A stretch of 64,000 nucleotides of DNA from the NCBI GenBank assembly GCA_040752795.1, contig JBFMGH010000608.1, positions 22,209-86,208 on the forward strand. Reading direction: 5' to 3'. The DNA comes from Cyanobacteriota bacterium. GTDB lineage: Bacteria; Cyanobacteriota; Vampirovibrionia; JBFMGH01. The notes beneath the pieces are model-generated. The model saw nothing but the letters and a program-made list of their open reading frames with translations. It was not told where the DNA came from and ran no database searches. The position numbers and the translations under genes were made by a program. Numbering within the stretch: position 1 is the stretch's first letter; each line of letters starts with the position of its first letter. Positions 50,350 through 60,626 of the stretch are shown here, piece after piece.

Positions 50350-52032
50350 TTACAACTTAAATACTTTTTGTATTTCTGTAAAGCTAGTAAATCCTGATAT
50401 AACTTTATTTAACGCAATATCAAGCAGTGTTTTATGGCCAGAACTCTTCAGAAATGTATTTAGTTCATCTTCTGGTATGCCGTCATTAAATAGATTGATA
50501 GTTGTATCGTCCATATAAAAGACTTCAAAAATACCAGTTCTGCTTTTGAATCCAGTAGAATTGCAGTCTTTGCAGCCTTTTTCTTTAAAATATGTAATAT
50601 TTTCAGGAAGGTTGTATTTTTCGATTAACCTATTATCTATTTTATGTTCAATTTTACATTTATTGCAAAGTTTTCTGATTAATTTTTGATCAAATGTTGC
50701 ATTAACAATTTTACAAATGAGCTTGGGCTCAATACCATATTCTAAAAGGCGGTAAAGAATATTTGTAGCACTATCAGCTATTATTGATGTGATAATAAGC
50801 TGACCTGATAAAATCGATTTTACTATTAAATCAAGATTATCAAGGTTTGTTATTTCATCTATGTATAAAATATCAGGTTCTTGAAGAAAAACATTTTTTA
50901 AAGCTGTTTCAATATCAAAACTTTTAGATATGCTAAGCTGACTTTGATTAATTTTATCTATGTTGTACCTGATGGGAGATTCAATTGTCATTATATTTTT
51001 CTGTTCAGAATTGATAGACTCCAGTATAGAGTACATTGTTGTAGTTTGTCCTGATCCAAGTGGCCCTGCAGCAATTACAAGACCATTTTCTTTTGATATT
51101 CCACTTTTTAATAACTTTAATTGATCGTTATATAATCCAAGTAATTCGATATTAGGTGCTTTAGGAAAAATTTTAATAACAATTTTTTCTCCATAGTTTA
51201 TCGGATAAGTAGATACTCTTGCATTGATAATATCTTTACCAATATTTACTTCTAATCTGCCATGCTGCGGTAAATATTCTTCATTTATATCAAGGCCTGC
51301 GGCAGACTTGATTCTTGAAATGGGCTCGGGAGCCAGTAAAATTGGGAGGCTGCCCCTGCTATACAAAAGTCCGTCAATGCGAAATCTTACAATCATTTCA
51401 TCCTGTTGCGGGTCCATGTGTATTTCGGAGGCATTCTCATGTATAGCCTGATAAATTATGGCTCTTACAAGTCTATATACATTTACTTCGTCTGTATTGT
51501 CATCATTAAGCTCACTCTGCCAGTCAAATTTGGGTTTTTCCGGCCCTTTTTTAGTTGGTTCTATATTGTCAGAGTTAGCAGACTTAGTTTTATAATAATA
51601 GTTTATTGCGTGTGAAATGCTTCTTTCTGAGCAAATAACTGGTTCAACCTTATAGTTTGAACTTATATCAAGATTATTTAAGGCAAATAAATCTAAAGGA
51701 TCTGACATGGCAATGGTTAGAGTGTCTTCAATCTTAAATAGCGGTATTATCCTGTATTTAGTGGCCTCTTCAGAGCTTATTAGCCCTATGGAGCTGGAAT
51801 CTATAGTGTATTCATCAAGATTAACGTATGGGATATGAAGTTTTTTCTCCAGAAAATTAAGTAATTTCTCTTCATTTATAATATTATTTTGAATAAGAAT
51901 TTGCCCTAGGTTTGTTTGTTCGTTTCTTGAAAGGTCAATGGCATCAACGAGCTGGTTATAATCTAATAAACCTTCTCTAACCAGGTCATATTTGAGTTTA
52001 TCTATGGCCTTGTTTGTTATTTTATAATCCAT
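50350..52032 (-). CDS. GspE/PilB/MshE-family secretion-ATPase homologue with degenerate catalytic motifs (predicted pseudo-ATPase), MshEN-type N-domain retained
   Basis: 560 aa. The Walker A is GPLGSGQTT (Lys to Gln). The Asp box is IESPIRY (Asp to Ser). The Walker B is EPDILYIDEITN. The His box is ITSIIAD (His lost). The tetracysteine cluster CNKC ... CKDC is intact. The N-terminus has a T2SSE_N/MshEN-like motif LGQILIQNNIINEEKLLNFL. Confidence 0.75.
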   Translation of the reverse strand: MDYKITNKAIDKLKYDLVREGLLDYNQLVDAIDLSRNEQTNLGQILIQNNIINEEKLLNFLEKKLHIPYVNLDEYTIDSSSIGLISSEEATKYRIIPLFKIEDTLTIAMSDPLDLFALNNLDISSNYKVEPVICSERSISHAINYYYKTKSANSDNIEPTKKGPEKPKFDWQSELNDDNTDEVNVYRLVRAIIYQAIHENASEIHMDPQQDEMIVRFRIDGLLYSRGSLPILLAPEPISRIKSAAGLDINEEYLPQHGRLEVNIGKDIINARVSTYPINYGEKIVIKIFPKAPNIELLGLYNDQLKLLKSGISKENGLVIAAGPLGSGQTTTMYSILESINSEQKNIMTIESPIRYNIDKINQSQLSISKSFDIETALKNVFLQEPDILYIDEITNLDNLDLIVKSILSGQLIITSIIADSATNILYRLLEYGIEPKLICKIVNATFDQKLIRKLCNKCKIEHKIDNRLIEKYNLPENITYFKEKGCKDCNSTGFKSRTGIFEVFYMDDTTINLFNDGIPEDELNTFLKSSGHKTLLDIALNKVISGFTSFTEIQKVFKL

Positions 52033-52035
52033 AAC

Positions 52036-52407
52036 CTATGTTAACTCTAGGTACTTTTTAACTAACTTTGTTATAGTTTCAATATCAAAAGGCTTTGTAA
52101 TGTACTCGTTGGCGCCTGTTTCTTCTCCAATGATTTTATCTTCTTCCTGAGTTCTTGCTGTAACCATTAAAATAGGAATATGCTTGTATTTTGCATCGAA
52201 TTTTAAAAGCCTGCAAACCTTATATCCGTTGATTTTAGGTAACATTACGTCAAGAACAATTAAGTCAGGGTTCTGGGTTTTGGCTAAACTTAAGGCTTCT
52301 TCACCGTCATATGCAACAACACACTCTAAACCTTCACTTTCAAGAATGAATTGCAGTGTTTCTACGATATCCTTTTCGTCATCAACTATTAATACTTTTT
52401 TGCTCAT
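52036..52407 (-). CDS. Single-domain CheY-like response regulator
   Basis: 123 aa. It has the receiver acid pocket (VDDEKD), the phospho-acceptor D in LIVLDVMLP, and the conserved T and K (ILMVTA, ITKPF). Confidence 0.85.
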   Translation of the reverse strand: MSKKVLIVDDEKDIVETLQFILESEGLECVVAYDGEEALSLAKTQNPDLIVLDVMLPKINGYKVCRLLKFDAKYKHIPILMVTARTQEEDKIIGEETGANEYITKPFDIETITKLVKKYLELT

Positions 52408-52443
52408 TGTTGACCCTCAATACAGCTTACTATTTACTTTAAA

Positions 52444-54537
52444 TTAGCATTTTAGAATTGGTATTGTGCTTTTAAGGCTTAATTCAATAAGTTCTTCACT
52501 TACAATAGCGTCATCAGGATAAATAGCAATTCCTAAGGTTAAGTTAGATTGATTACTTTCACACATATCTTTCGAAAATTGCTTCTTGATTCTTTTTACT
52601 ACGTTTTTTGCAGCAAATTTATCAGTATTTGAAAGAACTATTTTGATTATATTATCTTCGATTAAAAACTTTGATTTATCATCTTTTCTAAAAATATTTA
52701 CAATTTTATTTGAAACTTCTTCCATAACGTCTTTGGAGTATTCATTATTGTTTTTTATAGAAATTAAAGCAAGGCAGGAGTGGTTTTGCTTGGATTGCTG
52801 GAGTTTACTATCAAGTTCTAATAAGAAAATACTTTCCTGTCTTGCTGTAGGTAATATTAAGCAGAATTTACTGCCCTTATTTAACTCACTTTCAACCCAT
52901 ATTTCTCCTCTATGAGCATCTACGAGCTGTTTGGTTATGGCCAGGCCTAGGCCTGTTCCACCTACTTCACGGCTAAGGGAGCTTTCAATCTGTTGGAACT
53001 TGTCGAATACTTTATGAATATCTTCTTTTGCTATGCCTACACCCGTATCTTCTATTGCTATCTTAAGATACTCACCTTTAATTTTCTGACCTGCTTTGAT
53101 GTTTATAGAAGCTGGATCTTTATAGAAAAGTGTGTCATCCAGATTGGATGCGTCAACTAACTCAAGTGTTACTTTAATCTTTCCTCCACTGTGGGTGAAT
53201 TTTATTGCGTTTGAAACAAGATTGGCAAAAATTTGTTCTAACTTAGTGCAGTCTCCATAGATTTTTGGGAAGTTATTCTCTGGAATATTTGTTTCAATAA
53301 AGATATTTTTAGGATCTGCTACTGGTTTAAAAGTTGATATAACCATATTTAGTGGCTCGGCAATATCCAGTTCTGCAAATTTATAATCCATTTTGCCAGC
53401 TTCAATTTTAGAAAGGTCAAGTAAGTCATTTATAATACTTGATAACCTATCAACGTTTCTTTTGGCATTAGAGAGAAATTTTTCCTGTATAGATGTTATA
53501 TCTCCGCCTTTTTTTGTTAAGATAATATCTATAGAGCTTTTGATTGCTGTAAGTGGTGTTCTAAGTTCATGAGAGACTATTGAAATGAATTCAGATTTTA
53601 ATTTTTCTAGTTTCTCCAGTTTTATATTTTTTTCTTTGATTTCTTCGTAAAGAATAGCACTCTCTAAAGGTAAAGAAACCTGTTTAACAACGGTCTGAAA
53701 GCAGGTTATATCTTCGCCGGTAAATTCTGTTTCTCTAATAATTTCAACGGCTCCAAATGGGTTATCTGCAACGTTTATAGATGAGAACAGGTAGTCTTTA
53801 TCTAATATGTCAAGAGTTAACGTTTCATCTGATTTTCTTATGTTTATTTCAACTTCTAAATCCTCGGGTGTTAAATCGTCTCGATCTTCTCCTGTGTTTT
53901 CAAGATAGTTTGTGAGAATTCTTTCTTTAAGTTTTTCAAGTAATTCTTCAGTAATACTTTTTGAAGAATTTATAATAAGAAGAGGTTTTCCTTCATCAAG
54001 CACTAGTGTGCAGCATAAAGAGTGCTTAAGGCTTTTTTCAAGTCCAGTGTTCATTATTTTTAGGAGTTTATTTTTATCTAATGTGCCGGCAAACTGTGAA
54101 GAAGTATTGTATAATACATTTAGCTGGTATAAACTCTTAGCTAATTCACTATTGTTGGTATATAGAATATCTAATAATTTTTTAATACGCAGATGTGCAT
54201 TGATTGTAGCAATCAAAATACTATCACTAAAAGGCTTGGTTATGTAACCATCTGCACCGGCTAATATCTCATCAGGAGAGGAGTCTTTATCTGTAAGTAA
54301 TAATATTTGTATGTCATTAGTTTGAGTATAGAATTTCAAGTTTTTGCATATATTTGATAGGTTATCCTTGACTACTGTGGCGTCTATTAGCACTATATCA
54401 GGTAAATTTTCGTTAGTTAGTGCAATTGCTTCATCGCCGTTTTTGGCTAATAGCACTTCGTAGCCAAACTCAGCCAGGAGATTATGAATTTTATCAGCTC
54501 TTTTTAAGTTGTTATCTACTAAAATAATTTTTGACAT
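52444..54537 (-). CDS. Hybrid sensor: N-terminal receiver, HisKA, HATPase_c, C-terminal degenerate GGDEF-like domain
   Basis: 697 aa. It has a receiver (ILVDNN ... VLIDATV ... ITKPF), an H-box SHELRTPLTAI, and G1/G2 boxes (EDTGVGI, GGTGLGLAI). The about 130-aa C-terminal tail aligns to the GGDEF fold (LTLGIAIYPDDA), but the GG(D/E)EF position is IEDNI. Confidence 0.75.
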   Translation of the reverse strand: MSKIILVDNNLKRADKIHNLLAEFGYEVLLAKNGDEAIALTNENLPDIVLIDATVVKDNLSNICKNLKFYTQTNDIQILLLTDKDSSPDEILAGADGYITKPFSDSILIATINAHLRIKKLLDILYTNNSELAKSLYQLNVLYNTSSQFAGTLDKNKLLKIMNTGLEKSLKHSLCCTLVLDEGKPLLIINSSKSITEELLEKLKERILTNYLENTGEDRDDLTPEDLEVEINIRKSDETLTLDILDKDYLFSSINVADNPFGAVEIIRETEFTGEDITCFQTVVKQVSLPLESAILYEEIKEKNIKLEKLEKLKSEFISIVSHELRTPLTAIKSSIDIILTKKGGDITSIQEKFLSNAKRNVDRLSSIINDLLDLSKIEAGKMDYKFAELDIAEPLNMVISTFKPVADPKNIFIETNIPENNFPKIYGDCTKLEQIFANLVSNAIKFTHSGGKIKVTLELVDASNLDDTLFYKDPASINIKAGQKIKGEYLKIAIEDTGVGIAKEDIHKVFDKFQQIESSLSREVGGTGLGLAITKQLVDAHRGEIWVESELNKGSKFCLILPTARQESIFLLELDSKLQQSKQNHSCLALISIKNNNEYSKDVMEEVSNKIVNIFRKDDKSKFLIEDNIIKIVLSNTDKFAAKNVVKRIKKQFSKDMCESNQSNLTLGIAIYPDDAIVSEELIELSLKSTIPILKC

Positions 54538-54619
54538 ATTGATATTTTACCAGTTTTGATAAGTATTTTTTTAGAAATTTTTGTTATATCATTATCCTTT
54601 AATAAAGGGAGTAAAATCA

Positions 54620-55051
54620 ATGGAAAGATGTCCTTCTTGTAATGCACCTGTAAGCTCAAATAGTAAGTTTTGTAATGAGTGTGGATATGGTTTAATACAG
54701 AGTTCAACTTCTAATGTGCCATCTGATACAACTAAAAGGTCATACAAGTTACGTTCCCCTATATTAGAATCAGCTATATTGTATGACGATACAACCGAAA
54801 AAAAGCATGGTATGCTTGTTATCCTTTCATATAGTTTTTGGTTTTTTGCTGTTATATTTATAATTTATGGTATTATGCTTATCTATAAAAACTATACTAT
54901 AGATATTTTTAAGTCAGTAGTAGATGCCTCAATGCTATTTGCGCTTTCATTTGTGTGCTTTATACTTCCTGGTATTATAAATATACTTGTAGATATAGAA
55001 GAAAATCTTAAAGTTTTAGTAAAGGAGAGCAGGAAAGATAAAATAGACTGA
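54620..55051 (+). CDS. Zinc-ribbon membrane protein
   Basis: 143 aa from the ATG at 54620, which follows a GGGAG SD. The N-terminus has CPSCNAPV ... CNECG (a double CxxC ribbon), followed by two TM helices. Confidence 0.55.
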   Translation: MERCPSCNAPVSSNSKFCNECGYGLIQSSTSNVPSDTTKRSYKLRSPILESAILYDDTTEKKHGMLVILSYSFWFFAVIFIIYGIMLIYKNYTIDIFKSVVDASMLFALSFVCFILPGIINILVDIEENLKVLVKESRKDKID

Positions 55052-55137
55052 ATCATATAATTGAGTATCTTGCTTTTTAACTAAAACTGATCTACTATAA
55101 AAAATGAAGTTAGTATAAAAAGAGTGGTAATTGGAAA

Positions 55138-55518
55138 TTGAACAATAGTACTACGACTTTAGAAAACGTTAAACTTTCTCCAGATATAGAAAAACTTTCA
55201 CTAATAGAATGCCCTATAGAAAGGGCAATGGAATTAATAGGGGACAAATACTCTGTTTTAATAGTTTTAAATCTTGCACAGTATGGTAAGCAAAGATTCA
55301 TAGAACTAGAGCAGTCAATTAAAGGAATTTCACCAAGAACGCTATCTGCAAGACTGAAACACCTGGAGAAGTATGACATTATTACAAGAAAACAATTCTC
55401 AACTATACCACCCAAAGTGGAATATTCTTTAACTGAAAAAGGCGAGCGGTTTAAAGTTGTTATTGAGCATATGAGTGACTGGGTAAATCAATGGTACCCA
55501 TATACTGCTCAAAAATAA
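55138..55518 (+). CDS. HxlR-family transcriptional regulator
   Basis: 126 aa. The winged-HTH core is CPIERAMELIGDKYSVLIVLNL ... RTLSARLKHLEKYDIITR. Confidence 0.75.
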   Translation: MNNSTTTLENVKLSPDIEKLSLIECPIERAMELIGDKYSVLIVLNLAQYGKQRFIELEQSIKGISPRTLSARLKHLEKYDIITRKQFSTIPPKVEYSLTEKGERFKVVIEHMSDWVNQWYPYTAQK

Positions 55519-55532
55519 ATACTGATAAATAT

Positions 55533-56237
55533 TTAGTCTTCAAAACGATATTTAAATAAAGTCCATATAGCCTGAAGTCCATCTTTCCAGGTTATCTTTT
55601 TACCTTCTTCATAGTCTCTGCCCTTATAAGAGATAGGTATTTCAATTATTTTATATTTTCTTTTCATTATTTTGGCGGAAATTTCAGGCTCAAAGTCAAA
55701 TTTGTTAGATTTAATGACAAAGCTTTTAATTACATCTGCCCTGAAAACTTTATAACAGGTTTCCATATCAGTTATAGAAGCACCATATAAAAGGTTGGTT
55801 AAAAAAGTTAGAAGCTTGTTAGCCATAAAACTTAGAAGTAAAAAGTTCTTTTTACTTTCTTCAGAAGCAAATCGTGAACCGTATACGATATCAGCCGTAT
55901 TGTTTTTAAATGGTTCTAGTAGTTTATTGTATTCAGATGGGTCATATTCAAGGTCAGCATCCTGAATTAATATTATGTCACCTGTTGTATAGTGCAAACC
56001 TGTTCTTAAGGCAGCTCCTTTTCCCATGTTATGGCCATGATAATAGATTTTGTATTTTTCTGTATCTTCTAATTTGTTTAATAAATCTCTAGTTCCATCT
56101 GTTGAACCATCGTCAACCAGTACGATTTCTTTTACAATATTACCAATATCTACGCTTTCTACTTTTTTAAGGACTTCTTCTAAGAACTTTATTTCATTGT
56201 AGATTGGTATTAAAATACTAAGCTTATTTATATTCAT
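55533..56237 (-). CDS. Family 2 glycosyltransferase (polyprenyl-phosphate hexose/pentose transferase-like, soluble)
   Basis: 234 aa. It has the GT-A motifs [27 protein letters not shown] and a DxD (QDADLEYD). Confidence 0.8.
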   Translation of the reverse strand: MNINKLSILIPIYNEIKFLEEVLKKVESVDIGNIVKEIVLVDDGSTDGTRDLLNKLEDTEKYKIYYHGHNMGKGAALRTGLHYTTGDIILIQDADLEYDPSEYNKLLEPFKNNTADIVYGSRFASEESKKNFLLLSFMANKLLTFLTNLLYGASITDMETCYKVFRADVIKSFVIKSNKFDFEPEISAKIMKRKYKIIEIPISYKGRDYEEGKKITWKDGLQAIWTLFKYRFED

Positions 56238-56249
56238 AAAATACCTCTA

Positions 56250-57272
56250 TTAAGTTGTTTCTGATTGACTTTCTTCTGGTAGTTCCTTTAAAGAAAGATG
56301 GCTGTGCCATGATAGAATTAAACCAATCAATACTACAGGGCCAATCATAATGAATTGAGTTGCAATAGCTATTGCTAAAGCGGTATCTTTCGGAACAGCT
56401 GACAAATCTAAGGCTAATATAAAAGCGTATTGATAGGGTCCTATAAAAGCAGGTCCTGATGGTATCATTGTACTGAATGCTACAAGTACAATTAAGAAGG
56501 CTACAGTTAAAGGTGTAACTTTTGTTGGGATGTCAAACCCACTTATAATACAAAATATTGTAGTCCACTCTAGAAACCAGGCACATATGCTGGTGAATAC
56601 AATAAATAATAAACTCCTGAAAGATGTTATGACACCTAAGCCAACAATGAATGATTTTAGTATTTTTTCAATTTTATTTTGTAAAAATTCAGGTAAAGCC
56701 TTTAAAATGCCAGTTATAAAACTATAATTTAGGTTTTCAGATCTTGATATGAAAACAATAACTGCCAGGCCTGTCAAGAATATCAGGCTGGTAACAATAC
56801 ATATGTGTACCAATAGCGGAGATTTATAAAAGAACATGATAAGTATAATCATTAGACTAACCAGTGTTAATCCATCAAAGATTCTCTCGGCAACAATAGA
56901 ACCTAAAGCCCCACTACGAGTTATCTTTTGCTCAGTGCCTATAATATGGGCTCTATATAACTCCCCCATTCTGGCTGGTAAAAGGGTATTTGCCATATAT
57001 CCTATGTATAAAGCTTTAAGTACTCCGAGAAAACTTATTTTCTTTGAGACAGAAAGTAGTTGTCTCCACCTGAAAGTTCTAATAATATATGATAATGCAT
57101 ATATTATTATTGCAGGTAAGGCATATTTAATATTGAAAGATTTTATTGAAGATATAAACTGGTTAATATTTATATTGTAAAAGATAAGTATCAAGAATAA
57201 TATACTAATAAATATTCCGAAAGTTTTATGATTAATCCATTTTGGAAACGTTAGTTCTTTTTGCATACTCAA
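56250..57272 (-). CDS. Flippase-like polytopic membrane protein (lysylphosphatidylglycerol-synthase TM-region family)
   Basis: 340 aa with about 8 TM helices, and a charged loop RTFRWRQLL after TM2 as in MprF/LPG_synthase_TM proteins. It is adjacent to GT2. The 5' end overlaps the UXS-like gene by 35-41 nt depending on start choice. Confidence 0.6.
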   Translation of the reverse strand: MSMQKELTFPKWINHKTFGIFISILFLILIFYNININQFISSIKSFNIKYALPAIIIYALSYIIRTFRWRQLLSVSKKISFLGVLKALYIGYMANTLLPARMGELYRAHIIGTEQKITRSGALGSIVAERIFDGLTLVSLMIILIMFFYKSPLLVHICIVTSLIFLTGLAVIVFISRSENLNYSFITGILKALPEFLQNKIEKILKSFIVGLGVITSFRSLLFIVFTSICAWFLEWTTIFCIISGFDIPTKVTPLTVAFLIVLVAFSTMIPSGPAFIGPYQYAFILALDLSAVPKDTALAIAIATQFIMIGPVVLIGLILSWHSHLSLKELPEESQSETT

Positions 57273-58188
57273 TATACCAGTTTATAGACTTTAACAGCCC
57301 TTCTTCTAGCCCTACAACAGGTTCCCAATTTAAATGTTGTTTGGCAAAAGAAATATCAGGTCTCCGGACTTTAGGATCATCTTCAGGCAGTGGTTTGAAA
57401 ATGATATCACTTTTACTATTACTTAATTTTATAATTAATTTGGCTAAATCCAAAATAGAAATTTCTTGTGGGTTACCAATGTTGACAGGAGTATTGATAT
57501 CAGAGTTCATCAGGGCAAATATGCCTTCTATAAGATCTGAAACATATTGTATACTTCTGGTTTGAGAACCATCGCCAAAAACTGATAGAGGCTCATTTTT
57601 AAGTGCTTGATTAATAAATGTTGAAACGACCCGCCCATCATCTGGTCTCATTCTTTCGCCATGAGTATTAAAGATTCTTGCAATTCTGGTATTGAGCCCG
57701 TGTTCATTGTGATATGCAGTAGTTAATGCTTCACCGAATCGTTTGGATTCATCATAACAGCCTCTTGGGCCAATAGGGTTAACATTGCCCCAGTAGCTTT
57801 CTGGCTGTGGATTAATTAGTGGATCTCCATAAACTTCTGATGTTGATGCAAATAAAAATTTAGAATGCTTATTCATTGCTAGCCCAAGTGCATTGTGAGT
57901 TCCTAGTGATCCAACCTTAAGTGTTTGTATCGGGTAATTAAGATAATCAATAGGGCTTGCCGGGGAAGCAAAATGTATAACCCAATCTAGCTTTTGAGAA
58001 ACATAAATATACCTGCTTACATCATGGTAGATAAATTCAAAATTTCTATTTGATCTATGAATTTCCAGGTTTTCAATCATACCTGTAATAAGATTATCTA
58101 AAACATACACTTTATGACCTTCTTCTATTAGTTTGTCACATAAGTGTGAGCCTAAGAATCCTGCTCCGCCTGTTATTAATATATTCAT
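57232..58188 (-). CDS. UDP-glucuronate decarboxylase (UXS/ArnA C-terminal-domain-like SDR)
   Basis: 318 aa. It has [18 protein letters not shown], the catalytic YDESKRFGE region and [26 protein letters not shown], which is typical of UXS/ArnA decarboxylases. Confidence 0.8.
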   Translation of the reverse strand: MNILITGGAGFLGSHLCDKLIEEGHKVYVLDNLITGMIENLEIHRSNRNFEFIYHDVSRYIYVSQKLDWVIHFASPASPIDYLNYPIQTLKVGSLGTHNALGLAMNKHSKFLFASTSEVYGDPLINPQPESYWGNVNPIGPRGCYDESKRFGEALTTAYHNEHGLNTRIARIFNTHGERMRPDDGRVVSTFINQALKNEPLSVFGDGSQTRSIQYVSDLIEGIFALMNSDINTPVNIGNPQEISILDLAKLIIKLSNSKSDIIFKPLPEDDPKVRRPDISFAKQHLNWEPVVGLEEGLLKSINWYIEYAKRTNVSKMD

Positions 58189-58189
58189 T

Positions 58190-59632
58190 TTAAAATCCTA
58201 TTCCTGCTCCAATTCTTTCCATTTCGGTACTTCTGCCTACGGTATAATGTAAAATACCTTTTTCTTTTGCTGTCTTAGGGTCAATAATATTTCTAGCATC
58301 TATTATTATTGGTATAGCCATCACTTCTTTGACTTCAATCAAGTTCATATACTTGAACTCATCCCATTCAGTAACGATTATGATAGCTTCACAATCTTTC
58401 GCAAGATCCATTATGTTATTTTCATATGTTAATTCAAGTTCGGGATTTTGTTCTTTACAGTTAGGCATTGCAATTGGATCATAAGCCTTTACCCGGGCAC
58501 CCATTTTTATCAGTTGTCGTATTATTGTCAAGCTAGGTGCATCCCTTAGGTCGTCAGTGTTAGGCTTGAACGATAGGCCTAAAACCCCTATGGTTCTGCC
58601 TTTAATTATTTTTAGAGCTTGTTGTAGCTTTTTAACAATGGTTTGTCTTTGTTTCATGTTGACGTTGATAGTGGATTGAAGCAGTTCTGGGTGAAAATCA
58701 TATTCTTTTGCAATGCTTATAATAGCGTTAAGGTCTTTGCCAAAACAGCTACCTCCCCATCCAATACCTGCTTTAAGAAATTTACCGCCTATTCTGGAGT
58801 CCAGTCCAATGCCTTTTGCTACCTGTTCTATATCTGCTCCTACGCTTTCACAAATATTTGCAACTTCATTAATGAAGCTAATTTTTGTTGCTAGAAAAGC
58901 ATTAGAGGCATATTTTATCATTTCTGCGCTTGTGATGTCTGTAACAACAAGTGGTACAGCGTTAATGCCAGCTGGAGCAACAAGTTCTTTTATAGGTGGT
59001 GTAAAATTCTGCTGTAATATTGGTTCATATAGTTTATTTAGAATAATTACAGCTCTTTCATCACTGGTGCCAATTACAACTCTATCTGGATAAAGTGTGT
59101 CATATATAGCACTACCTTCTCTCAAGAACTCGGGATTACTCGCTACAAGAAAACCAGGATTGCAACAGCTATTTATATTGTTTTCTTTGCTGCACTTTTC
59201 ATGAGCTTTTCTCACCCCTTCGTTTACAAGCATTTCAACCCAGTTCCCTGAGCCTATTGGAACAGTTGATTTGTTAATAATTATTCTTACTCTATCAGTA
59301 TCTAAAGCCTCGCCAATAGCATATGAAACATTTTTAACGTATTCTAGATTAGGTTCACCATCTTCTAATGGTGGTGTGCCAACAGCTATAAATACTACTT
59401 CAGATTTTTTAACGGCACTTATAGTATCTGTAGTAAACTTAATGTTGCCACTTTTAATACATATTTTTAGAAGTTCTTCTAGGCCTGGTTCATAAAAAGT
59501 AGGTATTCCTTGTTGTAATTTCTCTACTTTCTTTGCATCTATATCAACACAATTAACATTATTGCCTAAATAAGCAAGGCATACGCCTGTTACCAATCCC
59601 ACATAACCTGTACCAGTTACACAAACTTCCAT
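58190..59632 (-). CDS. ugd: UDP-glucose 6-dehydrogenase
   Basis: 480 aa. It has an N-terminal Rossmann ([10 protein letters not shown]) and the catalytic Cys region GGSCFGKD. It lies 2 nt upstream of the decarboxylase gene. Confidence 0.9.
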   Translation of the reverse strand: MEVCVTGTGYVGLVTGVCLAYLGNNVNCVDIDAKKVEKLQQGIPTFYEPGLEELLKICIKSGNIKFTTDTISAVKKSEVVFIAVGTPPLEDGEPNLEYVKNVSYAIGEALDTDRVRIIINKSTVPIGSGNWVEMLVNEGVRKAHEKCSKENNINSCCNPGFLVASNPEFLREGSAIYDTLYPDRVVIGTSDERAVIILNKLYEPILQQNFTPPIKELVAPAGINAVPLVVTDITSAEMIKYASNAFLATKISFINEVANICESVGADIEQVAKGIGLDSRIGGKFLKAGIGWGGSCFGKDLNAIISIAKEYDFHPELLQSTINVNMKQRQTIVKKLQQALKIIKGRTIGVLGLSFKPNTDDLRDAPSLTIIRQLIKMGARVKAYDPIAMPNCKEQNPELELTYENNIMDLAKDCEAIIIVTEWDEFKYMNLIEVKEVMAIPIIIDARNIIDPKTAKEKGILHYTVGRSTEMERIGAGIGF

Positions 59633-59831
59633 TTATTTATCCTCATTGTTTAGTATTTTCCAGCAAGAATAATATACCAAAGATATAAAAGCCATGGGCA
59701 TTTTTATTAAGTAATCATATCAGTTTAATTTAGAATTTATACTTTTGGTTTTGTTTTCAATTATAATAACTCTTAAGCTTAACTAACATTAATAGTTAAT
59801 CAGTTATAAATCTTGTTATGGAAATCAAATA

Positions 59832-60581
59832 TTGATTAATAATCACAAAATAGCGGTTGTTATACCTGCTTATAATGAAGGGTTATTAATAACTTCTACA
59901 ATTGAGGGTATACCTGCTTATGTTGATTATATTATAGTTGTTGATGATTCATCTGAAGACAATACGTCTACTAATGTTAGGGAAATAGATAGATCAGGTT
60001 TGATATTATTAACACATAATAAAAATTATGGAGCTGGAAGAGCTATAGTATCTGGATATAAAGAAGCATTATTATTAAATTGCGATATTGTTGCTGTCAT
60101 GGCAGGAGATGGGCAAATGTGTCCTGGTGACCTTTTAAATATATTAGCACCTATTATTGAAGGCAAAGCCAATTATTCTAAAGGAAACAGGTTTATCTCT
60201 AAGGATTGTATTCTGATAATGCCAAAATTGCGTGTATTTGGTAATTTTTGTTTTTCAATAATTTCCTGTATTGCTTCAGGATATTATCATATTTTTGATA
60301 CACAATGTGGTTATACAGCAATTGATAAAGATACATTGTTGAAACTTGATTTAAATAATCTGTATTTTGGCTATGGTTATCCTACAGACTTTTTAGCGCG
60401 GCTTGGAATGATTTATGCCAGGGTTGTAGATGTACCAGTAAAAGCAATCTATAATACAGAAACATCTGGTATAAGACCTTTACCTTATACTTTGACAATT
60501 ATTCAATTGGCTATAAAGCTTTTTATAGAAAGACAAATTCAGAGAACGAAACGAAAACTTGCTTTAATTCAGAATTATTAA
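59832..60581 (+). CDS. Family 2 glycosyltransferase (ArnC/DPM1-like, soluble)
   Basis: 249 aa with an apparent TTG start. It has VVIPAYNE, VVDDSSEDNT and NYGAGRA motifs and DGQM as the DxD-equivalent. Confidence 0.7.
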   Translation: MINNHKIAVVIPAYNEGLLITSTIEGIPAYVDYIIVVDDSSEDNTSTNVREIDRSGLILLTHNKNYGAGRAIVSGYKEALLLNCDIVAVMAGDGQMCPGDLLNILAPIIEGKANYSKGNRFISKDCILIMPKLRVFGNFCFSIISCIASGYYHIFDTQCGYTAIDKDTLLKLDLNNLYFGYGYPTDFLARLGMIYARVVDVPVKAIYNTETSGIRPLPYTLTIIQLAIKLFIERQIQRTKRKLALIQNY

Positions 60582-60626
60582 TTACTCTGGCAAGTTGCGT
60601 GTTAAAACACTTTCAGGAGTAAGTCA

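Noticed and set aside
56250-57272. Apparent 35-41-nt overlap between the flippase-like gene start and the UXS-like gene end
   Set aside because: This is probably a start-codon ambiguity, with internal Met candidates, rather than a frameshift or pseudogene. Both reading frames are intact.
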